Below, in pieces: positions 18,379 through 29,973 of a DNA stretch of 64,000 nucleotides. Source of the DNA: Dictyostelium discoideum (Eukaryota); the NCBI GenBank assembly GCA_000004695.1, contig CM000152.2, forward strand, positions 4,160,001 through 4,224,000. Reading direction: 5' to 3'. The position numbers were made by a program, and so were the translations under genes. The first letter of the stretch is position 1. Every line of letters begins with the position of its first letter. Below the pieces are notes generated by a model. That model made no database searches. It was not told the DNA's origin and saw only the letters and a list, made by a program, of their open reading frames with translations.

Positions 18379-19137
18379 ATGTTATTTAATCAATATGTAT
18401 TTAAATATAAACAAGGATTTTATGGTCATAGGGAGTATGATTCAGTTTATTCAATAGCGTTGATTGATAGTTTATCATTACAAGAATTTATTTTTATAGT
18501 TAATAATTTAAATTATAAAATGCCTTATTATCTCTCAATTTTAAATAGTATTGCTTTATTTTTAATTTTCCCAATTAATATATTTTTATTTATATTCCAT
18601 CATAATTCTTGGATACAAACTTTTTTTTTATTATTTTTAATAGTTTTTTCTATTTTTTTATTTTCTATTAATATTTTCGAATTATATTTAGTAAGATTTT
18701 AATTCTTTTTTCTTTCTTTAAATATATAATATTTACCTTTTTTTTTTTTTTTTTTTTTATTACAAATTTTTTTTTTTTATTAATAGCCTAAAAAGAGAAT
18801 AATTACATTTATAGAAGAATTAAATAATGAATATTCAAATAGATTAATTTCATTTCATATTAATCAAGAAGAGGACATTGTTTTATTATATCCATTACCA
18901 GATCATTTTTATAAAAATGTTCCTTTCCCTTTTTTCCAAATACATCAACCAATTCAACAAGATCAAAATCAACAATTACAGGAACCATTACCTGGTAAAC
19001 AATACCAAGAGCAACAAAAACATGAAACATATACTTCAATTGATTTTCAACCAATTATTGAAACAAATCAATATTCCGAGCCATTGTTATCAGAAATTGA
19101 AGAATATACTCCAATAGATTTAAAAGAACAAATTTAA
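18379..19137 (+). CDS. Small polytopic membrane protein with a Gln-rich acidic C-terminal tail; join(18379..18690,18787..19137)
   Basis: ORF 18379..18702 is truncated at a TTA|GTAAGA donor (phase 0). An acceptor AG at 18785-18786 opens an in-frame exon ([20 protein letters not shown]...[12 protein letters not shown]). Exon 1 encodes 3-4 hydrophobic helices. There is no recognisable homolog. Confidence 0.4.
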
Positions 19138-19326
19138 AAAGTGAAATTTATAAAATAGGATTTGAACCTATTCCATAACAAACTAGATCTTAAAAATTTT
19201 GAAAAAAAAAAAGATAGTTATCTTTTTTAACTATTAAACATACCCAAATAAAATAGATTATCTTATATATTAAAATTATTTTTCTATTTTTTGTTTTTAT
19301 TTTTAATTTAAATAATTATGTTTTAT

Positions 19327-20254
19327 TTATAATAATTTAATGAAATCAAAAGTTTGAACATCATTAGTATTGGTGATAGATTTGAAAGTGATAACAATGT
19401 TACCAGATTCGAATGACCATGACCAATAGCCACTTAAATTAGCATCGTGTTTAATAACGATAGTATGATTTGAAGTTACTTCTTGAACTGCTTCTAAAAT
19501 CATTTCATCTGCACAACGTTTTGAAAGATTTGCTGCTACTTTTTCAACGATACCAGCGAAGATATGACCGAAACTATTCTTTAAATCGTCAGCAACTTTT
19601 GGATAAACAGATTCTAATGATGATTCATCGATTGACCAATCTGATGATGATTTTAATGCTTTTTTAACTGATGATAAATTATCTTTCATTTTTTGTTCGT
19701 TTGTTTTAATATTTAAACGAGTCATTAATGAATAAACACCTTGAGTTTGAATAATTGTTTCTAATTTAAATGTGTTAACATCATTTGTGTTACATATCTT
19801 TGGACGGAATAAAATTTGACAATCACCATTTTCAAATTGATATTTCCAATATGATGATAACTTTTCATCAGCACAAACAAAAACAAATTTTTTATTTGGA
19901 ACTGCAGCTAAGAATGCTTCTTTGATTAAAGGATCTGCACCTACTTTAACCATGTTTTTAGCAAGATTACCAACAACATCTTTATAAAATATACTACCAC
20001 AACTATTTGTAACCCAAGAATCATTACATTTTGCAATAATATCTTCGAAATCAAATTCGATGGCAAATGGTTCCCCTAATGATTTTTCAATTAAGGCTAG
20101 ATTTGTTTTTAAAGATTCTTCATTATCTTTTAATGATTTTCTATAACAAATTGAATTTTTATATTAGTATTTATTTATATTAGGTATTGGTTTTTAATTA
20201 AACTTATTTTTTTAATTTAAATAATAAATACCTTGAAGTTAAAGCGAGAGGCAT
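19327..20254 (-). CDS. Tandem-family copy 1: 278-aa protein with an internal two-module repeat; join(complement(20232..20254),complement(19327..20140))
   Basis: A 23-nt first exon (MPLALTS + AG) is spliced (GT...AG, phase 2) to an 814-nt exon containing ORF 19327..19953. It is 98-100% identical to copies 2-4. Confidence 0.7.
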
Positions 20255-20653
20255 TTTAAAATTTTATTAGTATTTATATTATTTTTTTAAAAAAAAAAAA
20301 GAATTTATTATTTATAGTATGTTTTGATTGAATGATTTGAAAAGAATAAAACATTTTGTATTTATACTAAAATAAATTGGAAATAAAATTAATAATTTGA
20401 TTTTAAAAAAAAAAATAGAAAAAAATTAGATTCGGTGGTAAGAAATAATTTGAAAAAAAGATATTTTTATTAATTGGAATGAAAAAAAAAAAAATTTAAA
20501 AAAAAAAAAAAATTTTTAAACAAATATCTTAAGATTTTTTTTTTTTTTTCAAAAAGGAATTATAAATTATTTATTTAAATGTACAACAACTTAATTTAAA
20601 TAGTTTAAAATAGTTTTATATTATTAAATGAATGGTATTTTTAGATAAACAGT

Positions 20654-20940
20654 TTAAAGGTCAACATGAGCATATACTGCTAATATTGGATGGATAATAA
20701 CTAATGCATCAAGGGTTAAAAGAGCAGCATTATTATTAGATTGAGAAGTTCCAACAAAATGAGTTCCTGAAATTTGATTCTTTTGAGATGCACTTTGGAT
20801 ATTAGCAATTGAATTTAATGATTCTATTAGGTTTTTTAATTATTATTATTTTTTTTTTAAAACAATGTTAATTCTTAATTTTTTTTTTTTTTTTTTTTAT
20901 TTTTTTTTTTTTTTTTTTTTTATAACTTACTGAATAACAT
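20654..20940 (-). CDS. 59-aa small Ser/Asn-rich protein gene, copy s1 (hssA/sigN-like small-protein family candidate); join(complement(20931..20940),complement(20654..20823))
   Basis: ATGTTATTCA|GTAAGT first exon (10 nt, phase 1) plus a 170-nt exon give MLFKSLNSIANIQNSSQKNQISGTQLIGTSQSNNNAALLTLDALVIIHPILAVYAHVDL*. The coding exons are conserved among 4 copies while the introns differ. Confidence 0.6.
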
Positions 20941-21556
20941 TTTAGATTTTTAACAATTTAATACAAGTGTTTGATTATTTTTAATGATTAAAAAAAATAT
21001 TTTTTATTCATTTTATAGTTTTTTTTTTTTAATAATATTATTGTATTTTAAAATTATTATTAAAAGATTTCATATAATTTAATAATGAAAAAATAACCAA
21101 GTGATCAATTTTGATCAGCTTTTGAATCAATTATCTATTCTAATCAGTTAGAATTTATTTATTAAAAATCACAAAATCTGTTATTTAAATTTTGTGGTAT
21201 ATTAATTAATAAAAAAAAAAAAAAGAAAAAAGAAAATTGTAAAAATAAAATTAAACACATTTTAATAAAACCTTTAATGTATTTAAATTCTATTTTTACA
21301 AAAAAATTTAACATCGTTTGTATTAGTGATTGAGATGGCAATTTTTTAAATTGACCATAATGGACATTTAAGAAAAATGTGAATTAAAACAATATTATTT
21401 TTGTTATTGCCAATTAATATTTTTTTTTTTTTTTTTTTTATCTATTAACACAAAAAAATAACAGATTTTGGGGTTTTTTTTTAAAATTTTAAAGTTTTAT
21501 TAATAAAATGATTGGAGATTAAAGTAACTTTTAAAAAATAATAAGTTTATTTATTT

Positions 21557-21588
<32 letters not shown>

Positions 21589-21681
21589 AATAATAATATC
21601 AATAATAAAAAAAACTATAAAATAAAAATTTTATTTTTTTAATTTAATCATTAAAATTAATTAAAATATTAAAAATTTAAA

Positions 21682-21955
21682 ATGTTATTCAGTAAGTTTA
21701 ATAAAAATTATAAAATTTGTAATATTTTTAATATTGAAAACAATTTAATATTAATTATATTAAAAAAATTATAAAAATTATTTAGAATCATTAAACTCAA
21801 TTGCCAATATCCAGAATTCATCTCAAAAGAATCAAATTTCAGGAACTCAATTAATTGGAACTTCTCAATCAAATAATAATGCTGCTCTTTTAACCCTTGA
21901 TGCATTAGTTATTATTCATCCAATATTAGCAGTATATGCTCATGTTGACCTTTAA
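21682..21955 (+). CDS. 59-aa small protein gene, copy s2, transcribed divergently from s1; join(21682..21691,21786..21955)
   Basis: Same two-exon structure as s1. The exon-2 nucleotide sequence is the reverse complement of 20654..20823 (near-identical). Confidence 0.6.
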
Positions 21956-22116
21956 ACTGTTTTATTAAAAATATTAAAACTATTATAAAATAATTTGTTG
22001 TATTTTTAAATAAATAACTAATTTAATAAATTTTTAAAATTTCTTTTTCTATAAATTTAATCATTAAATTAAAAATAAAAAAATAGAAAAAAATATTTAT
22101 TTATTTAATGTTTTAT

Positions 22117-23047
22117 TTATAACAATTTAATGAAATCAAAAGTTTGAACGTCATTGGTATTGGTAATAGATTTGAAAGTGATAACAATGTTACCAGATTC
22201 GAATGACCATGACCAATAGCCACTTAAGTTAGCATCGTGTTTAATAACGATTGTATGATTTGAAGTTACTTCTTGAACTGCTTCTAAAATCATTTCGTCT
22301 GCACAACGTTTTGAAAGATTGGCTGCTACTTTTTCAACGATACCAGCAAAGATATGACCGAAACTATTCTTTAAATCGTCTGCGACTTTTGGATAAACAG
22401 ATTCTAATGATGATTCATCGATTGACCAATCTGATGATGATTTTAATGCTTTTTTAACTGATGATAAATTATCTTTCATTTTTTGTTCGTTTGTTTTAAT
22501 ATTTAAACGAGTCATTAATGAATAAACACCTTGAGTTTGAATAATTGTTTCTAATTTAAATGTGTTAACATCATTCGTGTTACATATCTTTGGACGGAAC
22601 AAAATTTGACAATCACCATTTTCAAATTGATATTTCCAATATGATGATAACTTTTCATCAGCACAAACAAAAACAAATTTTTTATTTGGAACTGCAGCTA
22701 AGAATGCTTCTTTGATTAATGGATCTGCACCTACTTTAACCATGTTTTTAGCAAGATTACCAACAACATCTTTATAAAATATACTACCACAACTATTTGT
22801 AACCCAAGAATCATTACATTTTGCAATAATATCTTCGAAATCAAATTCAATTGTAAATGTCTCACCTAATGATTTTTCAATTAAGGCTAAATTTGTTTTT
22901 AAAGATTCTTCATTATCTTTTAATGATTTTCTATAATAAATTATATATTTAAATTAGTATTTATTTATATTAAGGCATTGGTTTTTTAATACCTTATTTA
23001 GTTTTAAAACTAAATAATAAATACCTTGAAGTTAAAGCGAGAGGCAT
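22117..23047 (-). CDS. Tandem-family copy 2 (278 aa); join(complement(23025..23047),complement(22117..22930))
   Basis: ORF 22117..22743 is identical in protein to copy 1. The upstream 23-nt exon (MPLALTS) is conserved. The unit period is ~2.79 kb. Confidence 0.7.
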
Positions 23048-23475
23048 TTTTAAAATTTGATTGTTATTTATTTTATTTAAAAAAAAAAGAATTTGTTATT
23101 TAAAATATATTTTGATTGAATGATTTGAAAAGAATAAAACATTTTGTATTTATACTAAAATAAATTGGAAAAAAAATTAATAATTTGTAGAAAAATAGAA
23201 AAAAAAAAGATTTGATAGTAAGAAATAATTTAAAACAAGATATTTTTAAAAATTGGAATGAAAAAAAAAAATCTAACAAAGATCTTTCATCAAAAAAAAA
23301 AAAAATAAAAAATAAAAAATAAAAAAAAAATAAAAATTTTTAAACAAATATCTGAAGAGGTTTTCTTTTTCTTTTTTTTTTCCCCAAAGGGAATAAATTT
23401 TTATTTAAATGTACAACAACTTAATTTTAATAGTTTTAAATTATTAAATGAAAATGGTATTTTTAGATAAACAGT

Positions 23476-23732
23476 TTAAAGGTCAACATGAGCATATACT
23501 GCTAATATTGGATGAATAATAACTAATGCATCAAGGGTTAAAAGAGCAGCATTATTATTTGATTGAGAAGTTCCAATTAATTGAGTTCCTAAAATTTGAT
23601 TCTTTTGAGATACACTTTGGACATTTGCAATTGAGTTTAATGATTCTATTAAGTTTTTTATAATTTTTTAAAGGTTAGTTTTAAATTGTTTTCAATATTA
23701 ATAATTTTATTATTTAACTTACTGAATAACAT
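23476..23732 (-). CDS. 59-aa small protein gene, copy s3; join(complement(23723..23732),complement(23476..23645))
   Basis: Same structure. Its intron resembles the intron of s2 (the plus-strand copy of unit 1), indicating that the segment is inverted between units. Confidence 0.55.
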
Positions 23733-24499
23733 TTTAGATTTTTAATATTTTTATACAATTTATTAATTTTAATAATTAAATTTAATAAAAAAATTTTATT
23801 TATAGTTTTTTTAATTGATATTATTATTTTTTTGTTTTTTTTTATTTTTTTTTTTTTTTTTTTAACAAATAAACAACCTTATTACTTTTTAAAAGTCGCT
23901 CTAATCTCCAATCATTTTATTAATAAAACTTTAAAATTTTAAAAAAATAAAAAAAAACCCAAAATCTGTTATTTTTTTTTGTGTTAATAGATAAATAAAA
24001 AAAAAAAATAAAAAAAATAAAAAAATAATAATAATTGGCAATAACAAAAATAATATTGTTTTTATTCACATTTTTCTAAAATGTCCATTATGGTCAATTT
24101 AAACAATTGCCATCTCAAACAATAATAAAAATGATGTTCAATTTTTTTCTATAAATACATTAAAGGTGTTATAAAAATGTGTTTAATTTTGTTGTTACCA
24201 TTATTTTATCTTTTTTTTTTTTTTTTTTTTTTTTTTGAATTAATTACCACAAAATTTATATAACGTGTTATGTGGTTTTTAATAAAATTTTTTTACTGAT
24301 TAATAGATAATTGATTCAGATAGCTGATCAAAATTGATCACTTGGTAAATTTTTCATTAAAAAAAATTATATGAAATTTTTTTAAAATAAATTTAAAATA
24401 CAATAATATTATTAAAAAAAAAACTATAAATGAATAAAAAAAAATTTTTTAATCATTAAAAATAATCAAACACTTGTATTAAATTTTTAAAAATCTAAA

Positions 24500-24768
24500 A
24501 TGTTATTCAGTAAGTTATAAAAAAAAAAAAAAAAAAAAAAAAAACTACAAAAAATTAACATTGTTTTAAAAAAAAAAATAATATAAAAAACCTAATAGAA
24601 TCATTAAATTCAATTGCTAATATCCAAAGTGCATCTCAAAAGAATCAAATTTCAGGAACTCAATTAGTTGGAACTTCTCAATCAAATAATAATGCTGCTC
24701 TTTTAACCCTTGATGCATTAGTTATTATTCATCCAATATTAGCAGTATATGCTCATGTTGACCTTTAA
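24500..24768 (+). CDS. 59-aa small protein gene, copy s4; join(24500..24509,24599..24768)
   Basis: Encodes MLFKSLNSIANIQSASQKNQISGTQLVGTSQSNNNAALLTLDALVIIHPILAVYAHVDL*. Its poly-A-rich intron resembles the intron of s1. Confidence 0.55.
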
Positions 24769-24949
24769 ACTGTTTAATTAATAATTTCAAAACTATTTTA
24801 AAAAATAATTTGTAGTATATTTAAATAAATAATTAATTTAAAAATTTCATTTTCTTTTATTTTAATTTAATAATTAAAATAAAATCTAAAACTTAATTTT
24901 TAAATAAAAAAAAGAAAAGATTATTTATTTTATTAATTTGATATTTTAT

Positions 24950-25867
24950 TTATAACAATTTTATGAAATCAAAAGTTTGAACGTCATTAGTATTGGTGAT
25001 AGATTTGAAGGTGATAACAATGTTACCAGATTCGAATGACCATGACCAATGACCATTTAAGTTAGCATCGTGTTTAATAACGATTGTATGTTTTGAAGTT
25101 ACTTCTTGAACTGCTTCTAAAATCATTTCGTCTGCACAACGTTTTGAAAGATTGGCTGCTACTTTTTCAACGATACCAGCAAAGATATGACCGAAACTAT
25201 TCTTTAAATCGTCTGCGACTTTTGGATAAACAGACTCTAATGATGATTCATCGATTGACCAATCTGATGATGATTTTAATGCTTTTTTAACTGATGATAA
25301 ATTATCTTTCATTTTTTGTTCGTTTGTTTTAATATTTAAACGAGTCATTAATGAATAAACACCTTGAGTTGGAATAATTGTTTCTAATTTAAATGTGTTA
25401 ACATCATTTGTGTTACAAATCTTTGGACGGAATAAAATTTGACAATCACCATTTTCAAATTGATATTTCCAATATGATGATAACTTTTCATCAGCACAAA
25501 CAAAAACAAATTTTTTATTTGGAACTGCAGCTAAGAATGCTTCTTTGATTAAAGGATCTGCACCTACTTTAACCATGTTTTTAGCAAGATTACCAACAAC
25601 ATCTTTATAAAATATACTACCACAACTATTTGTAACCCAAGAATCATTACATTTTGCAATAATATCTTCGAAATCAAATTCAATTGCAAATGGCTCACCT
25701 AATGATTTTTCAATTAAGGCTAAATTTGTTTTTAAAGATTCTTCATTATCTTTTAATGATTTTCTATAATAAATTATAATATAAGTATAAATTAATATAT
25801 ATTTTTATTAATCTTTTTAATAACATTTAATTATAATAAAATACCTTGAAGTTAAAGAGAGTGGCAT
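24950..25867 (-). CDS. Tandem-family copy 3 (278 aa; variant residues P, K, N, H); join(complement(25845..25867),complement(24950..25763))
   Basis: ORF 24950..25576. The first exon encodes MPLSLTS. It carries copy-specific substitutions (SKHTIVIKHDANLNGHW, IIPTQG). Confidence 0.7.
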
Positions 25868-26362
25868 TTTTAATTATTTTTTTAATTATTTTAAATAAAA
25901 AGAGTCACAAAAAAGAGTTTATTATTTATAATATGTTTTGATTGAATGGTTTGAAAAGAAAAAAATATTTTGTATTTATACAAAAAAAAAGAAAGTAAAA
26001 AAAAAACTTTAAAATAAAATTAGAAAAAAAAAAGATTGGATAATCAGAAATAAAAAAAAAAATAAAAATAAAAAAAAAACTAAGATATGTCAAAATAAAA
26101 AAATTAGAAAAAAAAAAGATTTTTTAAAATTTCTGATATATTCTTCCAAAATAAAAAAATATCTTTACTGGTTTTTTTTCATTTTATTTCTAAAAACTTA
26201 ATCTTTTTTTTTTCTAATTAAAACTATTATTATATTTATTATTATTTTTTTTTTAATATAAATAAACAAAATGTTTTATTGTTTCAAATCATTAAATCAA
26301 AACATAAAAAATAGTAAACACCTTTTTTTTAAAAAAAATAAACAAAAATAATTAATTTCAAA

Positions 26363-27263
26363 ATGCCTCTCGCTTTAACATCAAGGTATATATTTTTTTT
26401 TTTTTTTTTTTTTTTTTAAATTGTTAATATTAATAAATTTTAATTATAGAAAATCATTAAAAGATAATGAAGAATCTTTAAAAACAAATTTAGCCTTAAT
26501 TGAAAAATCGTTAGGTGAGCCATTTGCAATTGAATTTGATTTCGAAGATATTATTGCAAAATGTAATGATTCTTGGGTTACAAATAGTTGTGGTAGTATA
26601 TTTTATAAAGATGTTGTTGGTAATCTTGCTAAAAACATGGTTAAAGTAGGTGCAGATCCATTAATCAAAGAAGCATTCTTAGCTGCAGTTCCAAATAAAA
26701 AATTTGTTTTTGTTTGTGCTGATGAAAAGTTATCATCATATTGGAAATATCAATTTGAAAATGGTGATTGTCAAATTTTGTTCCGTCCAAAGATATGTAA
26801 CACGAATGATGTTAACACATTTAAATTAGAAACAATTATTCCAACTCAAGGTGTTTATTCATTAATGACTCGTTTAAATATTAAAACAAACGAACAAAAA
26901 ATGAAAGATAATTTATCATCAGTTAAAAAAGCATTAAAATCATCATCAGATTGGTCAATCGATGAATCATCATTAGAATCTGTTTATCCAAAAGTTGCTG
27001 ACGATTTAAAGAATAGTTTCGGTCATATCTTCGCTGGTATCGTTGAAAAAGTAGCAGCAAATCTTTCAAAACGTTGTGCAGATGAAATGATTTTAGAAGC
27101 AGTTCAAGAAGTAACTTCAAATCATACTATCGTTATTAAACACGATGCTAATTTAAGTGGCTATTGGTCATGGTCATTCGAATCTGGTAACATTGTTATC
27201 ACCTTTAAATCAATCACCAATACAAATGATGTTCAAACCTTTGATTTCATTAAATTGTTATAA
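26363..27263 (+). CDS. Tandem-family copy 4 (278 aa), inverted relative to copies 1-3 and head-to-head with copy 3; join(26363..26385,26450..27263)
   Basis: ATG at 26363, AG|GTATAT donor at 26385 and acceptor AG at 26448-26449 join in frame to ORF 26421..27263 (which starts at an alternative TTG only as an ORF-finder artefact). Confidence 0.75.
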
Positions 27264-27405
27264 ATAATAATTCAAAATAAAAATAAATAAACTCATTTAA
27301 AAACTAACTATTAATTTATTTAAATTATTTATATTATTTATTATTTTCTTTTTATTTTTTTTTATTTTTTTTTTTTTTATTTTTTTTTTTTTTTTTGTTA
27401 ATTTA

Positions 27406-27472
27406 TTAATTCTTTTTAAATTTATTATTAAAGTTACTGTATTTAACTGATTTTGATTTTAATTTATCAGTG

Positions 27473-27510
<38 letters not shown>

Positions 27511-29627
27511 TGAATGATCGATAGATAAAGATGATGATTTTGTTGAAATAAATAAAAGTTTAAAGATACCTAAATAAATTGGTACTAAACCAAATATGAA
27601 AAAAGGGAAGAATAAGAAACCCCAATTATTTGAAGCTAAAATTATACCAATGAATAAATTTTTCCAACCTATTGACCAAAGTGCCCACCATTCGAATACT
27701 AAAAACGTTGGATGAGAAACCAAACAAATGATCATCCAAATTAATTTGACAAGTTTTGATTTAACTTTATTTTCCAATATAAAAGTTGTAAAATGTAATG
27801 TTGGTAATGATAAAACAATAAATAAACATGTAAATTGGTTATTTAACATCATACCCATTAATCCCAATAATGCATAATCTATAAAAAAAAAAAAAAATTA
27901 ATAATAAATATATAAATTATTTATATATAAATAAAATAAAACTTACATAATAATAAAATTGTTTGGGTACCATACCAATCATTTTTATTAAAAGTTGGAA
28001 AAGATATTGATAAAATTTTAGTTATATATTTTGAAATTGGTGATAAAATGAAAAAGTAAAATGAAATACACGCTAAAAAAAAAGTGAAAGAAAAGAAAAT
28101 GATTTGATTCTCTATTGAATTTGTAATTGATAATGTTGAGAATAGATTATTTAAAAGCTGTGATGATTTATATAAATTTGCAGGTTGTAAATCATTAGTT
28201 GGAATTAAATTAAAACTTGATAAAAACCAAGGTAACAATAAAATAGTTGAACAAAATAAAAGTATTGATAGAAACCATGGTAAAGATAATAGAATTCTAA
28301 TTGTAATATTCTCAATTGAAATAGAAATCGATATCAATTGTAAGAAAATCCCAACACTAAATACAATCACTGGTAACAATGCTTGACCCAAATCAATGAA
28401 AAACACAGCACCCGCCATCATATACCATCTATAACTTTGATGTAATTGTTCATCTGCATTATGTAAATGTCTAATAACAGTCTCCATTATTTTCCCCAAA
28501 TTAAAAAATGTTGTATTACTTAATGGTTCTTCATTAAATCTTTATTTTTTAAATAAAATAATAAAAGTTAATAATATATTATTAATTTATTTATTATTAT
28601 TATTATTTATTTAATTAATTATTACCTTTTAATATTTTTATGAATTTTATGTAATGGTGTATTTAAGAAATCAATATCCCAAACATTATGAGAATGGTCA
28701 GTACTGACACCAACTGAATTGATACCATATTGAGTGAATATTGCATGATTTGAACGTGGTAATGATAAAGCGGAATTCCACATGAAAATTAATAAACCAT
28801 AGAGTGAACCTTCAACAGCTTCTTGATCCATATGAGTGTTTATACCAGCTGGTATATCATTTAAGAATGATGTAGTGGTGATTACATTTAATATATCTAA
28901 ATTTGATAAACCACCTTTTAAACCCTCTGGGTACACTAAAATTCTCTCCATATTTTTATTACCAACCCTATCAATTGCAATTGCACCATAAATTTGACCT
29001 GCTCTTAATAATGTTTTTGATGAATAATTATTTTCTAAAGAATTTCCTTTCTGTTGTTGTTGTTGTTGTTGTTGTTGATGATCACCACCACCAGCAGTCC
29101 AACCAACTGGTTTAACACTATAGTAATCATTTAACCAAACTGATATACCTGAAATATCCATTGATGTACCACCATTAATTTCACCACCTTCACTTGTGAA
29201 AACATATATTATATCTCTTGCTTGCCATGATGTATTCTTTAAATACTCTGAAAATCCAATTAAAAATCCAACTGATCCTGCACTATGCCATTGATCAAAT
29301 GATGTTGTCAATACAAAATTCTCTGTACCTAATGATCTAATTGCTTTTGATATACCAATTACATTTACTCCTATCCTATCTATTAATTAAAATAATAATA
29401 ATAAATTAATATATTGAATATATTATATATATATATATATATATATACAACCACAATAACAAATCTTACTAAATGATGAATTAAAAAAATATAATTGAGT
29501 TTCTAAACCCAATTGATCTAATTGATATTTTATCCAATTTGCGCTATTTAATGCCTCATTTGAACCTAATGACCTATTCGGGAACTATATACACATATAA
29601 GAAATAATATATTAATTATAATTTGTT

Positions 29628-29689
<62 letters not shown>

Positions 29690-29973
29690 CTGTTAATTAA
29701 AATAATAATTACCAGGGTTTTAAAATCGTTTGAATAATTTATACAAATATCTGCAAATTGATTAGATATAAATGGGCTAACTGTACATTGTAAATTCTTT
29801 TCTGATACATAAGTGTGTGAACCGAGAAAAGGAAGAAAGAAAATCAGAAATATTGATCCTAAATGAACTGTTATAGAAAGTATTGAAATAATCTTTAAAT
29901 TTTTGAAAAACGGATATAATATATTAAATGCTTGATATCCAACACTTTCAACTTCTGCTATCAATCCCTTCAT
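27406..29973 (-). CDS. gpaa1: GPI transamidase component GAA1/GPAA1 homolog; join(complement(29713..29973),complement(29470..29584),complement(28626..29379),complement(27947..28539),complement(27406..27878))
   Basis: Five exons with consistent phases (0,1,2,1). The translation matches human GPAA1 along its length (LGSHTYVSEKNL vs QRTYMSENAM; LNSANWIKYQLDQLGLETQLYFFNSSFS vs [34 protein letters not shown] vs KDIVFLVTEHD; KIMETVIRHLHNADEQLHQSY vs KLNHLLERLHQSF) and has a C-terminal multi-TM region. Confidence 0.8.

Noticed and set aside
21100-21120. TGATCAA-N2-TTGATCA palindrome in the small-gene spacer (also at 24316-24335) as a possible recombinase site
   Set aside because: It is a short 7-bp-arm palindrome that occurs once per spacer and is not at the inversion boundaries. 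The boundaries are the long coding inverted repeats, which suffice for homologous recombination.
19327-27263. CRISPR array or transposon as an explanation for the regularly spaced repeats
   Set aside because: This is eukaryotic DNA. The repeat unit is 2.8 kb of spliced protein-coding genes, not 25-50-bp repeats with spacers. No transposase/integrase ORF, terminal inverted repeats or target-site duplications bound the array.
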